In this document: positions 57,923 through 64,000 of the stretch, in pieces | Position numbering within the stretch: the first letter of the stretch is position 1 | Layout of the letters: each line of letters begins with the position of its first letter | Origin: a virus | Virus record (IMG/VR): IMGVR_UViG_3300042504_002519 | Span: 13,535-77,534 of that record | Reading direction: 5' to 3' (one strand) | Length of the DNA: 64,000 nucleotides | Notes under the pieces: generated by a model | Told to the model about the DNA's origin: nothing | Databases searched by the model: none | Seen by the model: the letters and a program-made list of their open reading frames with translations, nothing else | Translations under genes and position numbers: made by a program

Positions 57923-58839
57923 GCGTGTTCCCTCTGTTGGTGTTGGTTCATCTCCCGACGCACCCGCTCGTCATAGCTTTCCGTGGCCAGCTTAGCCTTT
58001 GGCCTGGCTGGCTGCAGGCTGGCTTGGTACTCAGCCCAGAGATATTCCAGTTTATCCCATTTGCCATCTCGCTCCAAGTTTGACACATGGTACATCGCCT
58101 TCGTCTTAGGGTTCATCTGCCCGTCAACAACAATGTGCTTGCCAGCAACCATGAACTCGCAGAACTTTGGCAAGATCTTGCCCCACCCATTCTCCCGCCA
58201 CGGCCTGGGCGCAAACTGGGCCGCGAATGGATCAGGCTTGGATGGATCCACTGCGGCCACCGGCGCGGCGGCGGGCGGCGCAACAGTTCTTTCCGGATCC
58301 AGCTTGCTGGTTTTCACTTTTTTTTCATTTTTGACAGGCGCAATAAAAAAAAGATCTTTGGATAGATCATCTGGATCTGTTCTTACTGGATAGATCGTCT
58401 GCAGATTCTGCACCCCCTCCCCTGCAGATTCTGCAGGCCCCCCCTGCATATTCTGCAGTACCCCCTGCATATTCTGCAGGCCCCCCCCTGCATATTCTGC
58501 AGTGGGGCGGGGTAATTTTGGGTCTGGTTCTGGATCCAGATCATTGGTTTGGATGGCACCAAAGTCGATGAATTGATCGCTTGAGGTTCGGCCGCCATCA
58601 GCCCTGAACCGATCAGTTAGCTGCAGGATGCCTTTAGCCTTGAGGCTATCCCGGGTTTGGTAGATCACTCGCTGACAAAGGCTAGTCATCCTGGCCTGGG
58701 TTTCCACTGACGGCCAGCACCGCCCGTCAGCGCCGATAAAGCTATTCAGGCAAAGTAGTAACAGCTTTTCGTTGCGGCTAAGGCTGGACTCCCAGATGAT
58801 TTGCTCGCGTTGATAAGCAGGGAGGAAAGTTGCGCCCAT
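57919..58839 (-). CDS. Replication initiator (N-terminal winged helix)
   Basis: CWPSVET.A....L..R.I......L...G.L; internal iterons; upstream of dnaB. Confidence 0.8.
   Translation of the reverse strand: MGATFLPAYQREQIIWESSLSRNEKLLLLCLNSFIGADGRCWPSVETQARMTSLCQRVIYQTRDSLKAKGILQLTDRFRADGGRTSSDQFIDFGAIQTNDLDPEPDPKLPRPTAEYAGGGLQNMQGVLQNMQGGPAESAGEGVQNLQTIYPVRTDPDDLSKDLFFIAPVKNEKKVKTSKLDPERTVAPPAAAPVAAVDPSKPDPFAAQFAPRPWRENGWGKILPKFCEFMVAGKHIVVDGQMNPKTKAMYHVSNLERDGKWDKLEYLWAEYQASLQPARPKAKLATESYDERVRREMNQHQQREHA
58399..58502. repeat. Origin iterons inside the initiator gene
   Basis: CTGCA(G/T)ATTCTGCA five times at about 22-bp spacing, next to A/T tracts. Confidence 0.8.
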
Positions 58840-58889
58840 AGGAACTCCTTGGGTTGAGGGTGGATAGGGGAAGGGAACACAAGACAGGG

Positions 58890-59324
58890 TTAGGCCAGGT
58901 AATAGGCTGAGTTTTTCCTGACAAACATGGGGCTGTGGATGGCAACCGCCCGGCCATAGAGGCCCAGCTGTAGCCCAATCTGATAGCGCACCACATAGCG
59001 CTTGCCTTTCATGAGCGCCACGATCTGCCGCTCGTAGTCGGCAAAGCATTCTGGCTCCATGGCCTGGGCTAGCCATTCGCTGGCCTGCATGGCTACCTGG
59101 CGCTTAATGGCCTTAACCTCTGGCGGGGTAGTATTCTCTGGATCATGGGCCACTGGATCCAGGCGTTCGCCAGCCACTAGCCGGGCATAGCGCAGGGCAC
59201 TAGCCGGGTCGTAGGTCAGCATGGACTCAAACACAAGTAGACGCCCCTTCAAGTTGAGGGCACGCCAGTGCTGTGGCTGCAACTGACGGACCACGGAGGG
59301 AGCGGTTAAGGTAGCGCTCCTCAT
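58890..59324 (-). CDS. Hypothetical protein
   Basis: Coupled ORF. Confidence 0.55.
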   Translation of the reverse strand: MRSATLTAPSVVRQLQPQHWRALNLKGRLLVFESMLTYDPASALRYARLVAGERLDPVAHDPENTTPPEVKAIKRQVAMQASEWLAQAMEPECFADYERQIVALMKGKRYVVRYQIGLQLGLYGRAVAIHSPMFVRKNSAYYLA

Positions 59325-60223
59325 TCACCCTCCTTAAGCGACTGGAGGGTATTGACCGCCTCCAAAGCAGCCTGTAGCCGCTGCCGGGCCTGGTCTACCT
59401 CTAGCTCAGCCAGTTCAGCCTGCTCCTGGGCAACTTCGACAGCCTTGGCGGCTGCTTCTGCCTTTAGGCTGCTGGCTTCTAGTTGGGTTTCTAGGACCGC
59501 TAGAATGCCCTCTAGGGTGCTTTGATCGTCCTGCTGGGGTGTTTGTACCTGTGCCGGTGCCGAGGCTGCTAGCTGGGCCTCTAGCGCCCTGATCCGATCC
59601 TGGTACTCCTCGATGGCGGTTTCCAGCTTAGCGACTTCCTCCACCAGGCTGAGATCTTCCTCGGTGGGCCCGTCGTCCAGGTGGTGGCCATTGCCATTGC
59701 CGTTGGTGGCGCTGGTGACTTCCTCGACGATGTCACTAAGCTCGCTGGCAACCTCTTCGATGCGCCTCTCCCGCTCACTCGCACCATCGGCAAAGGCTGC
59801 TTCGATGTGTTCGCGGAAGTGGGCCCCCCGGCCAGATGGGGCAAACCAAGCCTCGTGGATCTTTTCACCAGTTATCTCAGCCACCCGCCTGGACAAGGCC
59901 CGCCAGGCCACGTCAGGCTTGCCCTCCAGGCCCATGTCGAAGGCCACTTGTCGGGCTACCTGAATCCTGCGGCTTTCTAGGGTGTATCTGCGCTTCTGTT
60001 CAGGCGCCAGAATGCTGGTATCTAGCACCCAGCCCCTCTCAGTTTCGGCGATTCCCAGGTCCTCGGCCAGGCGCTGCAGCTCGGCCTGCACTTGGTTCAC
60101 ATCAGACTCGTTGAGCCCAAGGACTGCCCTGGTGATGCTCAGTGCTGTCTGGGGCCCGAATCTTTTGATCCGAGCTTGAATGGTCTCGCCCATGCGGACG
60201 AGGTCTGATATCTGCTTCTCCAT
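59321..60223 (-). CDS. Coiled-coil protein
   Basis: E/Q/A-rich heptads. Confidence 0.65.
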   Translation of the reverse strand: MEKQISDLVRMGETIQARIKRFGPQTALSITRAVLGLNESDVNQVQAELQRLAEDLGIAETERGWVLDTSILAPEQKRRYTLESRRIQVARQVAFDMGLEGKPDVAWRALSRRVAEITGEKIHEAWFAPSGRGAHFREHIEAAFADGASERERRIEEVASELSDIVEEVTSATNGNGNGHHLDDGPTEEDLSLVEEVAKLETAIEEYQDRIRALEAQLAASAPAQVQTPQQDDQSTLEGILAVLETQLEASSLKAEAAAKAVEVAQEQAELAELEVDQARQRLQAALEAVNTLQSLKEGE

Positions 60224-60258
60224 CGTTGTTCCTTGCTAAAAGTGGACAATAAAAAACC

Positions 60259-60420
60259 CTAGGCCGCTTGGACTGGGTTGCGCTCCATGTATTCGGACAA
60301 GGCCTGCTCGGCAACTTGCTTCAAAGAAGCCTCTTGACTAGAGGCATAAACCTTGAGCCGCTTGTGCAGATCACGGTCAATGACGACCTGCACCCACGTC
60401 CGATCTTGTTTCGTCGCCAT
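60259..60420 (-). CDS. RHH (ParG/Arc-like) protein, 53 aa
   Basis: Manual translation MATKQDRTWVQVVIDRDLHKRLKVYASSQEASLKQVAEQALSEYM. Confidence 0.65.
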   Translation of the reverse strand: MATKQDRTWVQVVIDRDLHKRLKVYASSQEASLKQVAEQALSEYMERNPVQAA

Positions 60421-60638
60421 GGTTCTAATTCTCTAGACGGCAACCCAATTATAAGTCAGCAGCTATAAACTGGCAACCGTTTTTTTAGGGTGCCCGCTTT
60501 GATATGCGCCTGTATCGGCTAGCGCATGGCGACAAACGCTGTGGCTTTTGCTACTAGAAGGGTTCTGGCTGTCTACGGTTGCCTGCTTTAAGTTGGGTGC
60601 TAAGCTAGGGGTGTGAACCCTAGAGAGGAAAAAACAAA

Positions 60639-60983
60639 ATGCCAGTTAGAATAAGTTGGGGAGAGGATGCAAGCCCGCATAATTTTGCGGATTGCTTGGT
60701 TGCTATTCGTAGCAACTATGGATGCACAAACTGGATCGAGTTTTGCCACAGGCTGGAAGAGGACACCGGTGTCATCATCGGCATTGGCACCCTGCAGCAC
60801 CTATCCCCTCGCTATGGCCGCTCCGGGGCCCCGGCGATGGAGGTGTTGTGGGCACTAGAAAGCGCTGGCGTGCTGCGGCTAGGCAATGGCCAGCCGGTGA
60901 CAGCAGCAGCGTTGTTCGACATCTACTTCGGTAAAGCCGATGCCAACGGCAACCCGATCAGGCTTAACAGCGGCAAAGGTTGA
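60639..60983 (+). CDS. Putative HTH repressor
   Basis: Divergent from the replication operon; degenerate XRE-like spacing. Confidence 0.4.
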   Translation: MPVRISWGEDASPHNFADCLVAIRSNYGCTNWIEFCHRLEEDTGVIIGIGTLQHLSPRYGRSGAPAMEVLWALESAGVLRLGNGQPVTAAALFDIYFGKADANGNPIRLNSGKG

Positions 60984-61236
60984 GGCTATCTGCCATGAGT
61001 GGCTGCAGGTCATTCACCTGAATGCCGCCTAGGCTCCACTCTTCTGAGCAGATAAGCCAGATCGAACGCAATGACTTGAACACAGCCTCATTGGCCTGAG
61101 TGCAAGTCAAAACCAGGATCCAAACGCCTGGACAATCAGGGTGCAGCTCCAATTTATAACCAGTAATACCGACTTCTCGATATAGCGCAATGCAACTGTC
61201 AAGCCGCTCCAACGCTTGATCCATCCGTGTGCTCAT
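60964..61236 (-). CDS. Hypothetical protein
   Basis: ORF with an upstream ACTTACA motif. Confidence 0.45.
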   Translation of the reverse strand: MSTRMDQALERLDSCIALYREVGITGYKLELHPDCPGVWILVLTCTQANEAVFKSLRSIWLICSEEWSLGGIQVNDLQPLMADSLNLCRC

Positions 61237-61349
61237 TTCCAGGACTGACTGTAAGTTTGTTAATAGTCCAAACTCCTATACCCAATATCCGCATTAGAAC
61301 GGCGGTACTGATTAAAACTTTATACCACGTACTATTTTTGACGTAAACC

Positions 61350-61538
61350 CTAGGGCTGGGCTTCACGTTTCCTGGCCCGCTGGAGTAGTTCGTGAAACTC
61401 TGCTGAGCGGTGGTGTTCTTCTAAAATGAACCGCATCAGGCTAGCTGGAGGAACGCCCAACCATTCGGCGACCTCTTCATATTCTCGACAGGCCCGCCAG
61501 CTTAGGGTGATGGTGGTCTGGTTTCTTGTGTCGGCCAT
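61350..61538 (-). CDS. RHH-like small regulator
   Basis: TTITLS...YEEVAEWLGVPPASLMRFIL. Confidence 0.5.
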   Translation of the reverse strand: MADTRNQTTITLSWRACREYEEVAEWLGVPPASLMRFILEEHHRSAEFHELLQRARKREAQP

Positions 61539-61643
61539 AGAAAGCTACAAATTATAACAACTGTCACAGCCTACCACCAGTCCCCGCAAAAGCGCCAAAT
61601 AAATGACACAAAAATGGCTAGGCTGTGCTATGGTGGATCCTAC

Positions 61644-61696
61644 GTCGAACATTGTCGAACGTCCTGTAATGTTCGACAATGTTCGACAATGTTCGA
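61644..61696. promoter_or_regulatory. Operator-like AATGTTCGAC repeats
   Basis: Two inverted and three direct tandem copies between divergent genes. Confidence 0.65.
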
Positions 61697-61727
61697 TGAG
61701 ACCGTCCCGAAAGGTTGATTTCTCGTT

Positions 61728-61985
61728 ATGGAGCATCCTGACAGCCAGATCGACGCCTTAATGTCGGAGCATCATTTCCGGTCATTAGTCAGTTCATTGG
61801 CTAGCCGCCAGGTTAGCCGTAGCCGACTGTATGAACTGCGTAAAGAATTGGCTTTGAAACATGAGGCTTTTACTCCGCAGTACGCCAGAGTACTGGCTTA
61901 CTATGCTCAGTTGCGAGGCTCCAGGCGAACAAAGGAATCAGCCCGCCAACTTACAATCCAATTTGCAAAGGACCACAACCTATGA
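61728..61985 (+). CDS. Hypothetical DNA-binding protein
   Basis: VSRSRLYELRKEL HTH-like stretch. Confidence 0.45.
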   Translation: MEHPDSQIDALMSEHHFRSLVSSLASRQVSRSRLYELRKELALKHEAFTPQYARVLAYYAQLRGSRRTKESARQLTIQFAKDHNL

Positions 61986-62407
61986 ACCTCTCCGATCAAC
62001 TCGAAAACGAACAGTCCCAGTCCACCGGCACCCCCGAGGGTGCTGCGCCGCTAGCCGCTGGCCATGAGCTGGCCATGGCTGTGGCTAACCAGATGCAGTC
62101 AGACGCCCTGGCCCTGGCCAGCCTGGCCGAGCAGTACAGCTCCACTAAGGAGCGCCTGGCTGATCAGCTTGCGCCTCTGCTTAAAGACGCCCTTAGCGGC
62201 CAAGGCTTGATGGGTGCTGTTATGGCCCGACTGGCCAATGTCCAGCCCATAACGATCAACACCACCATTGAACCTATCGACATCAGCAGCCTTTTGCCCA
62301 AGCGCACTGATCCTGGTTTAGTAGAAAAATTCCTGGCGTTTTCTGCCGGGATCCAGCCTCCTGCCCTACGCTTGCCCGCTGCCTACGGTGGCACTGACGA
62401 GGACTAG
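61982..62407 (+). CDS. Hypothetical protein
   Basis: Coupled ORF. Confidence 0.55.
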   Translation: MNLSDQLENEQSQSTGTPEGAAPLAAGHELAMAVANQMQSDALALASLAEQYSSTKERLADQLAPLLKDALSGQGLMGAVMARLANVQPITINTTIEPIDISSLLPKRTDPGLVEKFLAFSAGIQPPALRLPAAYGGTDED

Positions 62408-62414
62408 GGCCAAG

Positions 62415-62498
62415 CCCCACGCTAGTGGGGGTGGATCTGATGGCCTTTTTGCCGTTTTAGCCGCGTTCCCAAGACCCCACCATTGTGGGGGTGAGCGG
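62415..62498 (+). CRISPR. Repeat-spacer-repeat mini-array D (60-nt period)
   Basis: CCCCACGCTAGTGGGGGTGGATCT-spacer-CCCCACCATTGTGGGGGTGAGCGG. Confidence 0.65.
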
Positions 62499-62523
62499 TA
62501 CGACTCCGCTCCTTTTGCTAGCC

Positions 62524-62688
62524 ATGCACCATGACCACGCCGACGGCCTTCTCGCCATCTTAGCCACCGCCATTTTTGTGGTGGGGCTTTTTGTTGGCTT
62601 TAGCCTGGGTGCCGACCTGTGCCAGCAAAAAGCCAATGGCCCGCTGCTATGGCGGCAATTGTCCACCTTCATCCTTGGAGAACCTTGA
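62524..62688 (+). CDS. Small membrane protein
   Basis: MHHDHADGLLAILATAIFVVGLFVGFSLG. Confidence 0.5.
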   Translation: MHHDHADGLLAILATAIFVVGLFVGFSLGADLCQQKANGPLLWRQLSTFILGEP

Positions 62689-62690
62689 CA

Positions 62691-63098
62691 ATGGATCCAC
62701 TTACAAAGCCTAGATGCCAGGACATGGTATCGACTCCCGCCCCCCAGGACGCCAATTACCTGCTATGGGGCCCGCAAGAATACCCGCTGGAGGCTGGCCT
62801 CAGCCCCCGGGAATCCTGGTTTGAGTTAGATGCTGCGGGCGTCTGCGACATTCGTGGGTTGACCCAGCAGGGCCAGGCGATCCCCGTTGATCAGTCGCTG
62901 GTGACTACTGAACCTGTACCCGTGGCTGAGCCGGTTGCTGCGGTGGCCGAGCCCGCTGGCCCGCCCTGGCTGTTCCTGGCCGTGCTAGCTGTCCTGGTGG
63001 CCATGGTGGCTGGCAGTGTGACGATGGATCGCCGCCGCCGGGCCACCGATCCCACGCCCAAGCCCGAGAACCCTTACGCTGGAGGGCTGGATCAATGA
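62691..63098 (+). CDS. Membrane protein (start uncertain)
   Basis: C-terminal transmembrane helix followed by RRRR. Confidence 0.55.
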   Translation: MDPLTKPRCQDMVSTPAPQDANYLLWGPQEYPLEAGLSPRESWFELDAAGVCDIRGLTQQGQAIPVDQSLVTTEPVPVAEPVAAVAEPAGPPWLFLAVLAVLVAMVAGSVTMDRRRRATDPTPKPENPYAGGLDQ

Positions 63099-63586
63099 AT
63101 ATCGAAGAACTGATCCTACCCATTGGCGGCTTGGCTCTGGTGGGATTCACCCTGTTCTCGGGTGGCACCGAGCAGGGAGCTGCCATCCTTCAGGACGGTA
63201 AGGCCGTGAAGGAGCAACGCCGGGAAGCGGCCAAAGAACAGGTGCAAGCCCTGAGCACCCAAGACCACCTGAGCCAGATGGCTGACGTTGCCGCCCAGCG
63301 CTACCAGCAGGGCTGCACATTCCACTACGTCCTGGCTGACTTCCAGCGCCCCGAGACGTTGGCCACCGGGGCCAAGGACATCACCCCGCAGACTATTTCT
63401 GAGGGCATGATGCCGATCAACTGGCAGGGCCGTACCTACAGCCGTGGCCAGGTGGTATGCGATACCAGTGGCAACACTGGCGTGATCGACGGCGATGGCA
63501 GAGTTCAAGAGTACGCCTTTAACGGCAACCTGGACATCAGCCAGTACAACCAAGCATGGTTGGCCCGCCATGGAGGTGGCCGATGA
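63095..63586 (+). CDS. Membrane-anchored protein
   Basis: N-terminal transmembrane helix; RYQQGC...VVCD..GNTGVI. Confidence 0.6.
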   Translation: MNIEELILPIGGLALVGFTLFSGGTEQGAAILQDGKAVKEQRREAAKEQVQALSTQDHLSQMADVAAQRYQQGCTFHYVLADFQRPETLATGAKDITPQTISEGMMPINWQGRTYSRGQVVCDTSGNTGVIDGDGRVQEYAFNGNLDISQYNQAWLARHGGGR

Positions 63587-64000
63587 AGTACCTGTTTCTG
63601 GTGTTGGCTGGAGCGATCTTCGTTAACAGCCTCAAGGCCTATAACGCCGTTGGCCAGGCCACTTTTGGCGGTCGCCTGGGTGGCTTGATCGCCATCGTGG
63701 TATTCCTGCTTGTCCAGGGCTTCGAGCTGAAGCCCATTTTCCTCACCAACGGCGGCGCTGGCATTTTCCCGACGCTGAATAAGTTGGTGGGCGGCAAGGT
63801 GCCTAGCTTTGCCCTGGCGGATCCAGAGGAGCTGCTAGATGCCACCCTCTGGGCCACCCTCGGCTATGCGGTGGACTTTATCGCAGGCCTATTGGTGTGG
63901 CCGCCAGTATCCAGTTATAAGCTGGTGGCCATGGGTGGGGTGACATTTGCTGACATTCGCTGGGCTGCTGTTGGCAGCATCCTGGCCTGTGTCTTTGGGA
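63583..64000 (+). CDS. Polytopic membrane protein (runs off window end)
   Basis: ATGA overlap; MKYLFLVLAGAIFVNS...; several hydrophobic helices. Confidence 0.6.
   Translation, partial: MKYLFLVLAGAIFVNSLKAYNAVGQATFGGRLGGLIAIVVFLLVQGFELKPIFLTNGGAGIFPTLNKLVGGKVPSFALADPEELLDATLWATLGYAVDFIAGLLVWPPVSSYKLVAMGGVTFADIRWAAVGSILACVFG

Noticed and set aside
1-64000. cas, tRNA or rRNA genes, IS transposases
   Set aside because: None recognised by eye; a tRNAscan or HMM search is still needed

Overview
The whole window reads as most of a temperate, Mu-like, contractile-tailed phage, probably of a (filamentous) cyanobacterium; the host assignment is inferred, not proven. Modules: DnaN, two DNA methyltransferases, helicase and antirepressor-like genes (0-5.4 kb); early genes; a fibre cluster (11-18 kb); a small tyrosine recombinase; terminase, portal and head genes (21-31 kb); a large serine recombinase; baseplate, tail and lysis genes (33-51 kb); replication genes (55-60 kb); and a membrane-protein operon (62-64 kb). 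The standout is a Cas-less CRISPR-like system of about 32 degenerate type I-E-like hairpin repeats (CCCCAC-N4-GTGGGR plus an 8-nt handle) at five loci. The two large arrays share a promoter and boxA leader, and each has long leader-proximal units followed by very regular 37-40-nt units. Several spacers encode the same peptide as this phage's own genes but with recoded codons, often the gene next to the array. This suggests guides aimed at related phages, possibly an RNA-guided homing or allele-drive system that borrows host Cascade. Other highlights: a secreted PatX-like RGTGR peptide, a family of Cys4-motif proteins with variable C-termini, a late-promoter-like motif in about 20 copies, and a dif-like recombination site. 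All alignments were done by eye and no database searches were run.
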